Shown: positions 38,148 to 48,532, counted from the first letter of the stretch. The stretch is 64,000 nucleotides of DNA from Candidatus Latescibacterota bacterium (GCA_965242535.1 OZ251458.1:926399-990398); one strand, 5' to 3'. The notes: generated by a model from the sequence alone, not told the origin. Translations and numbers: made by a program.

Positions 38148-38412
38148 AAATGGGGAACGCGGGGAGAGGTGGGATTGAGCCGGGGGTAAGTCAAGTCCAT
38201 CGCGGCTCGGGCCTATTGCGGATGCAATCCTGCACAACAGTACGCGAAGAGAAGCGCAAAAGCCGATGAAAAACAGTAGCGGATTGTATTGAGGATGTAT
38301 CTCGGTAAGAACAGAGATCGGGGACGGGGGGCGTTCTGCGAGTGACGGGAAAGCGGATGGGATAACCGCTTGTTTTTGTGACTGATAAACGCCATTTTCG
38401 GATGGCGTTTTT

Positions 38413-39294
38413 TTATTTTCCATTGTAAGGGCGAAAGCCGCGCACCATGATGCCGTGCTGGCTTTCGCCTTTTTTCGTCGCCACCTGTTTTGCCGATGCT
38501 GCGCGGTTTTTTGTCGTGGTGCCGCGGACGACGACATAATCATCGGCCCTGCGGTAGCGGTGGATGAAGACGGGACGCGGTTTGTCCGAGTGGTTCTGTT
38601 TCGAGCCGTGAACGGTTTTGACGTGAAAAAAGATGGCATCGCCCGGCTGACCGGGGATCGCGAGGGCGCGTTCCCAAGGCCATTGCCCGTCGTCCAGCCC
38701 CAGATGCGAGAACGTGTCGATGTGGTCGAGCTGCCCGAGTTTGTGGGAACCGGGCACGACGTGGAGGGCGCCGTTGTCGAGGTCCGTGGGCACGACGTAG
38801 GTCAGCACGCCCACCGGCCCGTCGTATCGGTGTTCAAAATACGCGGAATCTTGGTGCAGGTGTTTGGGGTGGCCGCCCACGGGTTCTTTGTACAGGCATT
38901 GCCCCGTGCCGTAGAGCTCGATGTTGGGGCCGAGAATGGCTTCGACGATGTCGAGGGTGGGCGGGTGAAATGCCGAGCGCGAGAAGGCCGCGCTGGTGTG
39001 GTAATCGATGCCGAGCACCATGATTTGTCGGTCGCGCTCGTAGTGATCGGGCGCGGGGATGAAAAGCGTGTTGTTGGGCGTGCGCCATCCTTCGGGAATC
39101 GCACGGGCCCGATCGAGCAGAGCGAGCGATTCCCAAACCGCGGCGTCGATATCGCGGTGAATCGCGTCGATGTATTCGCCGAGCAACCCGCGCACCGCGA
39201 TCGCGCCGTGCGTGTTGAACGCCTCGGCAACGCGCCGAATGTTGATCGCTCCGGCTTGAAAATCCAGATCACTTAGGGAAACGGTTGGCGTCAT
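38413..39294 (-). CDS. Phytanoyl-CoA dioxygenase (PhyH) family oxygenase
   Basis: HQDSAYF and VHGS motifs. Convergent with the previous PhyH gene. Confidence 0.65.
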   Translation of the reverse strand: MTPTVSLSDLDFQAGAINIRRVAEAFNTHGAIAVRGLLGEYIDAIHRDIDAAVWESLALLDRARAIPEGWRTPNNTLFIPAPDHYERDRQIMVLGIDYHTSAAFSRSAFHPPTLDIVEAILGPNIELYGTGQCLYKEPVGGHPKHLHQDSAYFEHRYDGPVGVLTYVVPTDLDNGALHVVPGSHKLGQLDHIDTFSHLGLDDGQWPWERALAIPGQPGDAIFFHVKTVHGSKQNHSDKPRPVFIHRYRRADDYVVVRGTTTKNRAASAKQVATKKGESQHGIMVRGFRPYNGK

Positions 39295-39403
39295 GGGTTT
39301 TCCTCGTTCATGGATAACTCCTCTCGTTCCATCCGAGACGTATCGGGCGATGATAAAGATCCAATCTCTTCACGCCAAATTCCCGGTTGGCCGCCATTGA
39401 AGT

Positions 39404-40378
39404 TCACAGAAGTTCCGAGAGCATGACGCGGCGGTTTTCCGTTGTGGATCGCTCTGCGGCGAGGCCGATCAATGCGGCGTTGATGGCCGTGCGGGCGTCG
39501 GATCGGTGGGTGCCGTTGCGGATGTCGTCTCGGAATTGGGTGTGGATCGTGCGGGCCGAGGGTTCGGCCGATGGGAGATCGCTTTTGCCGGCGCGAGTCG
39601 AGAGGTGCCAGCCATCGCCATCGTGGATGAATGTACCCCGCGTCATGGCGATGCGGCGATGTTCTTCGGCATGGGCGATTTCGATACCGCCCGCCCAGTT
39701 CCATTGCCCGATGCCGCCTGTTTCAAAACCGACTGTGACGGCATTTGCAAAGCCGTCGTAAGTGCCATCGCCGCGTAGATTTTCGTAGCGGGCCGCGGCT
39801 TCGACCCAGGTTGCGGGGCCAAAGCAATCGACGATGGGGTAGATGTGATACACGAAAAAGAGCGCGGGCGGCCCTGTGATGCGGAGGTTGAACAGGATTT
39901 CGGGACGCTTGCCGCGGCCCGGGGTGAGGCGGGTGAACAGCGCGATAGCGAGCGTTCCGGTTTGGGCGAGGCGTCGCTTGAGCGCGCGGTGATCGGGCGA
40001 GAGCACTTCGTCGTGGGCAACGCGAAACGCGCAGGGCGAGGCGTCGATTTTGGCGAGCAACCCCCGGGCGTGGGCGATGTCGCGCGTCGCGGGGTATTCG
40101 GTCAAGACGTGTTTGTCGGCGTTGAGCGCGGCCAGGGCGATTTCGCCGTGCGTGTCGTTGTGCGTGCAGATCGCGATGGCGTCGATGTCGTCGCGGGCGA
40201 GCATTTCCCGATAATGCGACAAAACGTCCGCGCCGTGCGCGTGGGCCAATGCGGGGCCGGTCTCGGGATTTCGCGCGGCGATGGCGACGAGTTCACAACC
40301 CTCTGTTTGGGAAAAGCCTTGGGCGTGGTGACGGGCCATGCCGCCAGAGCCGATGATGCCGATGCGGATGGGGTTCAT
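39404..40378 (-). CDS. Gfo/Idh/MocA family NAD(P)-dependent oxidoreductase
   Basis: IRIGIIGSGGMARHHAQGF Rossmann N-terminus. ATG at 40378. Confidence 0.8.
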   Translation of the reverse strand: MNPIRIGIIGSGGMARHHAQGFSQTEGCELVAIAARNPETGPALAHAHGADVLSHYREMLARDDIDAIAICTHNDTHGEIALAALNADKHVLTEYPATRDIAHARGLLAKIDASPCAFRVAHDEVLSPDHRALKRRLAQTGTLAIALFTRLTPGRGKRPEILFNLRITGPPALFFVYHIYPIVDCFGPATWVEAAARYENLRGDGTYDGFANAVTVGFETGGIGQWNWAGGIEIAHAEEHRRIAMTRGTFIHDGDGWHLSTRAGKSDLPSAEPSARTIHTQFRDDIRNGTHRSDARTAINAALIGLAAERSTTENRRVMLSELL

Positions 40379-40451
40379 GGGCAACTCCGCGCGATACGCA
40401 AAGAACCCGCGAGCAAAACTCACGGGTTCTCCATTTTGGGAATGACGGGGT

Positions 40452-41993
40452 TTAGTTCGGCGAGATTTCGTCGGCGAACAGGCCGCCTGTGAATTGGAGC
40501 ATGACCTTGAAGGACGCCAGGCCCACGGGGCGGCCGTCTGGATCGACGATGGGAATGTGGCGGAACCCGTGCAGCGACATCAGATGCAAGAGGTGGCCGA
40601 TGGGATCGGACGTCTTGAGCGACGTGGGGTCTTTGGTCATCAAGCTGCCCACCGTTGTTTGGGACAGATCGAACTCGCGCCCGGCGACTTTTTCAAACAG
40701 ATCGCCCTGTGCGAAAATGCCGCGCAACAGGCCGCGCTTGTCCACGACCAACAAGCAACCCAGGTTTTTCTCGCGCATGGTTTGGATGGCCTCGGCCACA
40801 GACGTATCCGCGGACGCGCATTCGGGCACGGGCAAGTCGAGCGACGAGATCGGATCGTAGAGCAGTTGCTGAAGCGAGGTGCGCGGCGTGCGGGGGTCTT
40901 CCTCGTCGATATCCGGAATGATGTTGGACGTGGGGATTTCTTCGTGGACTTCTTGCACGGTCTCCGCATCCGGGCCTTCCGGCACGATCCACGTATCCGT
41001 CGCGTGATAAAGCGCGTGCAGATCGCCCGGCCCGCGCTCTTCCACAGCTCGGCGGCCCTGCGCGACGATTTGCTCTTCGTAAATCGGGCGTTCCACGCAG
41101 CGGAACACCCCGAGCGGCACCGGGTATTCCGGATGCGTGAGCCTGCTGAGCAAATACGCATGCGTGGGATCGTCCAAGGTCTCGTCGTGGGTGAGCAAGT
41201 CGCTTTCCCGCACGCCATTGCCCAAGGAAACGACCTCGGGCGCCAAGCCGTTGAGGCGGATGCCCTTGTCGCGGTCCTTGCCAAAAACGAGGGGTTGGCC
41301 GTGTTCCAAAATCGCGGTTTGGTCGTCCTTGACGTCGGCTTGGGTCGCGAAAAACCACGCGCCGTCATTGTAAATATTGCAATTTTGGTAAATCTCGACA
41401 AAGGACGTGCCCCGGTGTTCGGTCGCGCGCTTGAGAATCTCGGCCATGTGCTTGGTGTTGCGATCCACGGTGCGGGCCACAAACGTGGCTTCGGCGGCGA
41501 GGGCGACCGAGATGGCGTTGAAATCCTGTTCCACAGACCCCATGGGCGAGGAATAGGTGCGCGTGCCCGGCGGCGACGTGGGCGAATACTGGCCCTTGGT
41601 GAGGCCGTAGATCGCATTGTTGAAGAGAATGATGCTGAGGTTGACATTGCGGCGCAATACGTGAAGCAGGTGATTGCCGCCGATAGACAAGCTGTCGCCA
41701 TCGCCGGTGATCACCCAAACGTGCAGGTCCGGGTTGGCGACCTTGAGACCGGTCGCGACCGTGGCCGCGCGGCCGTGAATGGTGTGCAGGCCGTACGTGT
41801 TCATGTAATACGGAAACCGGCTGGAGCACCCGATGCCGGACACGAAAACCATGTTCTCGCGGGCGATGCCCAACTCGGGCAACACGCGCTGCATCTGCGC
41901 GAGGATGGCGTAGTCGCCACAGCCGGGGCACCAGCGGACCTCTTGGTCCGACACGAGGTCTTTGCGCGTCAGTGTTTCAACGGCGTCTGCCAT
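40452..41993 (-). CDS. korB: 2-oxoglutarate:ferredoxin oxidoreductase beta subunit (TPP-binding) with fused C-terminal CBS-domain pair
   Basis: CPGCGDY...GIGCSS and the GDGD TPP motif in the first ~300 aa. After an acidic linker, a ~190-aa tail with two CBS-like units. Confidence 0.8.
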   Translation of the reverse strand: MADAVETLTRKDLVSDQEVRWCPGCGDYAILAQMQRVLPELGIARENMVFVSGIGCSSRFPYYMNTYGLHTIHGRAATVATGLKVANPDLHVWVITGDGDSLSIGGNHLLHVLRRNVNLSIILFNNAIYGLTKGQYSPTSPPGTRTYSSPMGSVEQDFNAISVALAAEATFVARTVDRNTKHMAEILKRATEHRGTSFVEIYQNCNIYNDGAWFFATQADVKDDQTAILEHGQPLVFGKDRDKGIRLNGLAPEVVSLGNGVRESDLLTHDETLDDPTHAYLLSRLTHPEYPVPLGVFRCVERPIYEEQIVAQGRRAVEERGPGDLHALYHATDTWIVPEGPDAETVQEVHEEIPTSNIIPDIDEEDPRTPRTSLQQLLYDPISSLDLPVPECASADTSVAEAIQTMREKNLGCLLVVDKRGLLRGIFAQGDLFEKVAGREFDLSQTTVGSLMTKDPTSLKTSDPIGHLLHLMSLHGFRHIPIVDPDGRPVGLASFKVMLQFTGGLFADEISPN

Positions 41994-42008
41994 GGTGGAT
42001 TCCTTTGC

Positions 42009-43883
42009 TTAAGCGCCTAAAATTTCGGCAATTTTGTCGGCGAGTTCTGAAATTTTGAAGGGCAAGCCCCGAACCTTGTTGAAGGGGACGATCCTTTGCC
42101 CGGGGTATCGCGCTTTGAGCAACAAGGACAACTGCCCCATGTTGAGTTCGGGAACGAGGACGGTTTTGTAGCGCGACAAAATCGCGCCGAGGTTTTTGGG
42201 GAACGGATTGAGATAGCGCAGATGCGCCGCGGCGATCGAATGGCCCCGTTGCCTGGATTGGCGCACCGCCGAGCGAATCGCGCCGTACGTGCATCCCCAA
42301 CCGAGCACGAGCAAATCGCCGGATTTGGGGCCCATGACGTGCTGGAGCGGAATGCGATCCGCGATGCGCGCGATGCGTTCGGCGCGGATGTTCGCCATGT
42401 GCTGGGTGTCGTCGGGGTCGTAAGACACATTGCCCGTCACGTCTTCTTTGCCCAATCCGCCGAGCCGGTGCTCGAGGTCAGGCGTGCCCGGCAAAGCCCA
42501 TGGGCGGGCGAGGGTTTTCGCGTCTCGCAAATAGGGCATGAAGCCCTCGGGATCGGTTGTGTGCGCGATCCGAAGGGGCGGAATAGCGTCCGGATCCGGA
42601 ATTTTCCACGGCTCCGCGCTGTTGTTGAGATACCCGTCCGAGAGGAAGATGACCGGACTCATGGTTTCGACCGCGATGCGAAACGCCTCGATGATCATGT
42701 CAAAACAATCGGACGGCGTCGCGGGCGACACGATGGGGAGGGGGCTGTCGCCATTGCGGCCGAACATGCACTGGAGCAAGTCCGATTGTTCGGTTTTGGT
42801 GGGCATGCCCGTGCTGGGGCCGCCGCGCTGAAAATCGCAAATCACCAGGGGCAATTCCATCATCAGCGCGAGGTTCATCGCTTCGCTCTTGAGCGCGATG
42901 CCCGGGCCGCTGGTGCCCGTGGCGGCAAACGCGCCGCCAAATGCCGCGCCGATGACCGATCCCAAGGCGGAGATTTCGTCTTCGGCCTGAAAGGTTCGCA
43001 CGTCAAAATTTTTCAATGCGGCCAATTCCTCGAGCACTGCGCTAGCAGGCGTGATGGGATAGCTGCCGTAAAACAGGGTCTTGCCCGCCTTGTGCGCCGC
43101 GGTGACCATGCCCATGGCCGTGGCTTGCGTGCCGGTGACGGCGCGGTACGTGCCGGGCGCGACCACGGCTTTTTTGACGCGGTACTGAACCTGAAATTCC
43201 TCCATGGTTTCGCCGAAGTTGTACCCGGCTTTGAGGGTGCTCACATTGCCGTCGATGATTTCGGCTTTGCCGTGGAATTTCTTTTCCAACATGCGAATGG
43301 TCGGGTCGAGCGGCCGGTCGAAAATCCAGTAGGACAAGCCGAGCGCGAAGAAGTTTTTCATCATGTCGATTTGCCGATTGGTCAGGCCCTCGACGTGCGC
43401 GACTGCGGCTTTGTGCAAGGTGGTCAGCGGCACTTTGACCACGCGGTAATTGGCGAGCGCGGGGGTGCCGAGCGGGTCGCCGTCGTAGCCGGCCTTGCGG
43501 AGGTTGTTGCGCGTGAAATTGTCCGTATTGGCGATGACGATGCCGCCATCGGGCAGATCGTGGAGATTGGCTTTGAGCGCGGCCGGGTTCATCGCAACGA
43601 GCACTTGCGGTTCGTCCCCGGGCGTGAAAATGTCTTCGCTGGAAATGCGGATTTGAAACCCGCTCACCCCGGGCAATGTACCTGCGGGGGCGCGGATTTC
43701 CGCGGGAAAGTCCGGCAAGGTGCTGATGTCGTTGCCGACGATGGCCGAGGTGTTGGCAAATTCCTTGCCGATGAGTTGACTGCCGTCGCCCGAGTCGCCC
43801 GCGAAGCGAATGGCGATGGATTCGATTTCCGTGAGTTCGCTCAATGCGGATTCCGCGATGTCTTCCATTTCGAGTTCGGCCAT
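42009..43883 (-). CDS. korA: 2-oxoglutarate:ferredoxin oxidoreductase alpha subunit (fused gamma-alpha type)
   Basis: MAELEMEDIAESALS start with an AGGAGG ribosome-binding site. The pyruvate/2-oxoacid:Fd oxidoreductase domain pattern continues through the protein. Confidence 0.8.
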   Translation of the reverse strand: MAELEMEDIAESALSELTEIESIAIRFAGDSGDGSQLIGKEFANTSAIVGNDISTLPDFPAEIRAPAGTLPGVSGFQIRISSEDIFTPGDEPQVLVAMNPAALKANLHDLPDGGIVIANTDNFTRNNLRKAGYDGDPLGTPALANYRVVKVPLTTLHKAAVAHVEGLTNRQIDMMKNFFALGLSYWIFDRPLDPTIRMLEKKFHGKAEIIDGNVSTLKAGYNFGETMEEFQVQYRVKKAVVAPGTYRAVTGTQATAMGMVTAAHKAGKTLFYGSYPITPASAVLEELAALKNFDVRTFQAEDEISALGSVIGAAFGGAFAATGTSGPGIALKSEAMNLALMMELPLVICDFQRGGPSTGMPTKTEQSDLLQCMFGRNGDSPLPIVSPATPSDCFDMIIEAFRIAVETMSPVIFLSDGYLNNSAEPWKIPDPDAIPPLRIAHTTDPEGFMPYLRDAKTLARPWALPGTPDLEHRLGGLGKEDVTGNVSYDPDDTQHMANIRAERIARIADRIPLQHVMGPKSGDLLVLGWGCTYGAIRSAVRQSRQRGHSIAAAHLRYLNPFPKNLGAILSRYKTVLVPELNMGQLSLLLKARYPGQRIVPFNKVRGLPFKISELADKIAEILGA

Positions 43884-43897
43884 ACGGCCTCCTGTGG

Positions 43898-44365
43898 TTA
43901 CGCGCCATCTCGGGCGCTGGCAAAATGGTCCGGAGTGGGGGGTAAGTTGTAGATTTCTTCGGGAAAGTGGTCGCTCATGTACTTGATGATCGCGTAGTGG
44001 GTCAGCGTGCCGAGTACGCGACCATCCGCATCGACGACCGGCATGTAGCGATGGGGTTTGTCGCCCATAAAGCGAATGGCCTCGATCAGCGTGATGTCCG
44101 ATTGCAAGGTGAGCGGGTCGGGCGTCATGATCGCCTCGATGGGTTCGCGGAGCACCTCGGCCCGATCGATCACGCGCCGCGCGATATCGTGCGCGGTGAA
44201 GATGCCGACGAGTTTGCCCCGATCCATCACCAACGCGCATTTGCGCTGGTTGGCCTGCATTTTGGCGATGACGCGACCGACGGGATGGTCTTTTTCAACT
44301 TCGACGTAAAAAGAGAGATCGACGTGCTTTACCGTGTCGTTGTGGAGGCTGCTACTCAGGTTCAT
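43898..44365 (-). CDS. Stand-alone CBS-domain pair protein
   Basis: Two CBS units (VGRVIAKM...KLVGIFTAHDI ; IEAIRFM...RVLGTLTHYAII). First gene of the kor operon. Confidence 0.7.
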   Translation of the reverse strand: MNLSSSLHNDTVKHVDLSFYVEVEKDHPVGRVIAKMQANQRKCALVMDRGKLVGIFTAHDIARRVIDRAEVLREPIEAIMTPDPLTLQSDITLIEAIRFMGDKPHRYMPVVDADGRVLGTLTHYAIIKYMSDHFPEEIYNLPPTPDHFASARDGA

Positions 44366-44500
44366 GGGGAGGCTCTTGAGAGGGGCTTGGGAGGGAGGAG
44401 GAAAGTGTCCATTGAAAGCGATTTAATATAAGGGATTTACCCACATGTGGCAAGACTTTCGCATTCGATTTTCGCGGTCCGATCTCCGGCCTTTCGCCGC

Positions 44501-45841
44501 TTATCGCCCGAGGGCGCGGCACTCCATGTAGTACCGCTTCTCATCCGCGCGACCGATGGAGATGGATTTGCGGGGATAGGCGCCGTAGCGCACGATGGAT
44601 TCAAACACGCTGTCCTTTGAAATCGGCGGCAGGTAAAAGCCGAGCGCGTCGGGCCGATGGCCCAAGTCGTCGATCACCTCCGCGCCGTGGATGAACCCGA
44701 CCTCGGCTTCGGGATGTGCGCGCGTGAACAGCTCGAGCGCGGCTTCCATCGTCTCCGGGATGGTTCTCTGCGATGGCTTCTCGATCGCCAAAATGCCCGA
44801 GCGTCCTGCGGCGCGATAGGGCAGGCCATGCGCGGATTCCGATGCCAATGCGATGAGGCGTCGGTCTCGCGCCTCGGGCGATGCGACCGCTTCCAAGCGT
44901 GCGCGCGCGCCAGACGCATTGAGCAAGGCGACCATCGCGTCGCACGCGGCGACGGGATCGACGCGGGTGATCAGCCTGTGGATCGGCTCGATGTCTATCG
45001 CATCGTCGTGCAGGTTGATCAGCTCGACCATCGCGTAGCGCGCGGGATGTCGCGCCGCATCCCGCCCCTTGCCGAGTGTCGATTTGATCCTTTGCCAGGC
45101 TTTTTGCGCCGCGGCAAAGGAGTGGTTGCCATCGCCCATCGCGTAGAGGAGCGTTTCGCTTTCAACGCCGTATTTCTCGCGGATGTAATCCGGGGCGATC
45201 CGCCCGGCGAGTTTTTGGGCAATGCGCGCTATGTCCGCTTTGCGGTGGATCAGGCGATACGCGATCCGCCCGCCGCTCATCATGAGTTCAAAATCCGCGA
45301 TGGTGGGATGGCCTTCTTCAAACAGGGGCTCGATGATTTCCCGGTTGGGATCGTCGATGAGCACGAGGATATGGGGGCATTCGAGGGAGGCGTTGCCCCG
45401 GAGCTCCAACCGCGCTTCGAGGTTTTTGGGATAGGTGCCCTCGGTCGCGCGGATGAGGGTTTTGGACGCGCTTCGGCTGTCGTAGTGCTCGAGGTCGAGC
45501 GCGACGACCAACCCCTTGCGCGATTTCCCAGACGGCAAGACGCGATCGACGAGCAAAAAGCCCTCGAGCCCATCGCGGAAAACGCCGTCGGCGACAAAGC
45601 GTTTCATGTTGTTGTGAACGCGGGCCACGCGCGCATCGTGCCCCTCGTCGGACAAATAGACTTCGGGATAGATGAGCTCCAGCGTCGACGGTTCATGGCC
45701 CACCATGCGTTTGACCTCCGCCCAATACGCCCGGTCGTGGACGTACTGATCGCAGGCGATGACGGCCCACTTCTCGCAGTCGATTTCCGGTCTGGGCAAC
45801 AAAATTTTGGGCACGCCGAGCGCGATGTCGTCAAAAAACAT
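44501..45841 (-). CDS. DUF1015-like protein (putative)
   Basis: Length and sequence pattern recalled as DUF1015 (COG4198). Not verifiable here. Confidence 0.4.
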   Translation of the reverse strand: MFFDDIALGVPKILLPRPEIDCEKWAVIACDQYVHDRAYWAEVKRMVGHEPSTLELIYPEVYLSDEGHDARVARVHNNMKRFVADGVFRDGLEGFLLVDRVLPSGKSRKGLVVALDLEHYDSRSASKTLIRATEGTYPKNLEARLELRGNASLECPHILVLIDDPNREIIEPLFEEGHPTIADFELMMSGGRIAYRLIHRKADIARIAQKLAGRIAPDYIREKYGVESETLLYAMGDGNHSFAAAQKAWQRIKSTLGKGRDAARHPARYAMVELINLHDDAIDIEPIHRLITRVDPVAACDAMVALLNASGARARLEAVASPEARDRRLIALASESAHGLPYRAAGRSGILAIEKPSQRTIPETMEAALELFTRAHPEAEVGFIHGAEVIDDLGHRPDALGFYLPPISKDSVFESIVRYGAYPRKSISIGRADEKRYYMECRALGR

Positions 45842-45866
45842 GGCGTCTTTCCCCTCCGATATTTTT

Positions 45867-47021
45867 TTATAGTCGCGTCTTTCGCCCCGCCAGCGCGAGC
45901 GCCACGATCAAGCCGATGAACAGGCCGGGAATGAGCGCGAAGCCCGCTTTGAGGCCGGCCGCGTCTCCGATGATGCCCATGATCCACGGGGTCATGCCAA
46001 AGCCGGCAATGCCGAAACACGCGAGCATGACGAGCAGCATCGTGGCGTCCACGGGCAGGCGGTCCGCGGCTTCGGCGAGCACAGTGGGCCAGAAGCAGGC
46101 CGCGGCAAATCCGGCGAAAACGAGCAGTGCGTAGAACCCGATCAAGCTGTCGGCAAAGGGGATGGCGCTGCTGATGCCCACGCCGAGAATCGCCGAACCG
46201 ATCATCAAAGCCCGCTGGCTCATCGCATGGGACAATTTTGCAAACAGCAAGCGGCCGATGGCCATGGTGCTGGAAAAGATCACGACGGCGATGGCCCCTG
46301 CGCGGGGCATGTCGCGGAGATAGACCTCCACGTAACTGCGGCTCCAGAACGTGAACGCGGCCTCTACGCCCGCGCCCAAAAACAGGGCCATGCCAAAGAA
46401 CCAAAAGTGGGGGATTTTGAGAATTTGCGCGATTGAGCGGATGGACGACCGCCGATCGCGCACGGGTGCGGGAAAACGCGACAGGTGAAACCAGATCCCC
46501 ATGCCGAACGCGCCTGCGGCGGCGATGCGAAACGCGATCCGCCACGAATGGCCGAGGGTCAAGAGTTCGCCAAACAGGAGCGCGGAGACCATGACGCCAA
46601 TGGGATAAAACGCGTTGGTGATGTTGAGGTATTTGCCCGTGTTTTTGGGATGGAGGTCGACGACCAAGGGGTTGATGAGGGCCTCGGTGAATCCGCCGCC
46701 AATGCCCACGACCATGAGCGAGAGGAGCACCATCGGATAGGTGTCGGCGCAGCTGATCAGCAACAGGCCGAGGGCCGTGAGATATTGCCCCCAGGCCAAG
46801 AAGTGTTTCTTCCCCCAGGTGCGCGCGAGAATGCCGGATGAAATCAGGACGACGAGCAACAAAAGCAGCCGCGCCGTTTCCAATCCGCCGCTTTCAGACA
46901 GGGAGATCGACAGGGTTTTAGCGATTTCGGGCAGGCATATCGGCGTCACGACCCCGCTGGTGGCAAACATCACAAACCCGCCCCACGATGCCACATCGAG
47001 CCGCGTCAGTCCATTTTTCAT
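45867..47021 (-). CDS. MFS transporter
   Basis: 12-TM profile. ATGA start/stop overlap with the upstream sulfatase gene. Confidence 0.7.
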   Translation of the reverse strand: MKNGLTRLDVASWGGFVMFATSGVVTPICLPEIAKTLSISLSESGGLETARLLLLLVVLISSGILARTWGKKHFLAWGQYLTALGLLLISCADTYPMVLLSLMVVGIGGGFTEALINPLVVDLHPKNTGKYLNITNAFYPIGVMVSALLFGELLTLGHSWRIAFRIAAAGAFGMGIWFHLSRFPAPVRDRRSSIRSIAQILKIPHFWFFGMALFLGAGVEAAFTFWSRSYVEVYLRDMPRAGAIAVVIFSSTMAIGRLLFAKLSHAMSQRALMIGSAILGVGISSAIPFADSLIGFYALLVFAGFAAACFWPTVLAEAADRLPVDATMLLVMLACFGIAGFGMTPWIMGIIGDAAGLKAGFALIPGLFIGLIVALALAGRKTRL

Positions 47022-48511
47022 ACGTCGTCCAGATAATCCATTTCCGGGCGCAAGTCCCAGCGGATGGCGTCTGCGGGTTGGGTGTGGCGCGCCCAGGCGG
47101 AAAGGATGCGGCGATCCTCATTTTGCGCCGCCAGTTGCGAGGCGATGGTTTCGGGATTCCAGCCGTCGAGGACGCGCGCCGCGAAGGCTTTGATCCGGCG
47201 TTGGCAGGCCGGATCGTCTGCGCGGTCGCGCAACTCGTCGGGGTCTTCTTTCAGATTGAAGAGTTGACAGGGCAGGTTGTGGTAGTAATTGAACTTCCAT
47301 TCGCCTTGGCGGATCATGCGCTGGTACACGCCTTGGGACGGAAAGGGGCCGCCGCCCCCTGCGCGGTCTTGGCAAAATTCGGAGAAGGCGACATCGTCCC
47401 ACGAGGCGTTCTCATCGCGCATGAGGGGCAGGAGGGATCGCCCGTGAGAATGCGGGAGCGCGGGGCATTGCAGGGCGTCGATCATCGTGGCGTTGAGGTC
47501 CAAGGACGAGATGACGCGGTCGAAGCGTTTGCCCTTGGGCAAGTGGCCGGGCCAGGAGAGGATGGCGGGCACTTTGGCGGAATGTTCGTAAAACGTCTGC
47601 TTCCACCACAAGCCGTGTTCGCCTGCCTGTTCCCCGTGATCCGACATATAGACGATGAGGGTGTCGTCGCGCAAATCGTTCGCATCTAAAGCCGTCAAAA
47701 TCTGCCCGATCAGGCGATCCATGCGATCGACGAGCGCCCAATAAGCCGTGCGCGCGCGGTGGATTTCCGCATCCGTGACCTGGGCGATGCCGCAGTGTTC
47801 GCGCCAGTATTTGATGTGGGGATGCAGGTCGTCTGAAAAGGGAACGGAGACCGCAGGCGGGGGAACGCGCCCGTCGTAGCGGTCGTAATCCGCCCGCCGC
47901 GCGACAAAGGGCTGGTGGGGCAGCATAAAACCCACGGACAACGAGAACGGCTCTGCCGGTTGACCCGCGCGCTTTTTGACGCCCAATCGGTCGAGATAGG
48001 CCACGGTCGCCGCGGTGACGTCTTCGTCGTGTACCTGATACGCACTTTGCCCGATCCCGGATTTTCGCAGGCTGACGCGGGCAGGCCCTGCGGTGCCGGA
48101 CAACATCCCGTGGTCGACGCCGCGGCCGCCGGGATGGTTGGGGCCGTGGTCGCCGACGAGGCGTTGGGCATACCCGTGCAACTGGTCGGGCCCGTTGGCG
48201 TGCATGCGCCCGATGAGCACGGGTTCGTAACCGCCCGCGCCCATCGCATGGGCAAAGGTGGGAATGCCCGAATGCAGCGCGTGCGCGTTTGTCCACACCT
48301 CGTTTTCAAAGGGATGACGCCCCGAGAGCATCGACATGCGCGAGGGCACGCAGATCGGCGACGGGCAATAGCAGTTTTCAAACACGACGCCATCGGCCGC
48401 GAGACTGTCGAGATGGGGCGTCGAGACGACTGAGTCCCCGTAGCATCCCGCGACGTGTGGATCGTGCTGGTCCGAGTGGATGTAGAGCAGGTTGGGTTTT
48501 GAACGCGCCAT
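47018..48511 (-). CDS. Sulfatase (formylglycine-dependent arylsulfatase family)
   Basis: CVPSRMSMLSGR C-x-P-x-R signature near the N-terminus and the LYIHSDQHD metal-binding region. Confidence 0.85.
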   Translation of the reverse strand: MARSKPNLLYIHSDQHDPHVAGCYGDSVVSTPHLDSLAADGVVFENCYCPSPICVPSRMSMLSGRHPFENEVWTNAHALHSGIPTFAHAMGAGGYEPVLIGRMHANGPDQLHGYAQRLVGDHGPNHPGGRGVDHGMLSGTAGPARVSLRKSGIGQSAYQVHDEDVTAATVAYLDRLGVKKRAGQPAEPFSLSVGFMLPHQPFVARRADYDRYDGRVPPPAVSVPFSDDLHPHIKYWREHCGIAQVTDAEIHRARTAYWALVDRMDRLIGQILTALDANDLRDDTLIVYMSDHGEQAGEHGLWWKQTFYEHSAKVPAILSWPGHLPKGKRFDRVISSLDLNATMIDALQCPALPHSHGRSLLPLMRDENASWDDVAFSEFCQDRAGGGGPFPSQGVYQRMIRQGEWKFNYYHNLPCQLFNLKEDPDELRDRADDPACQRRIKAFAARVLDGWNPETIASQLAAQNEDRRILSAWARHTQPADAIRWDLRPEMDYLDDV

Positions 48512-48532
48512 GATTCGTCCTCGTTTGATGTT

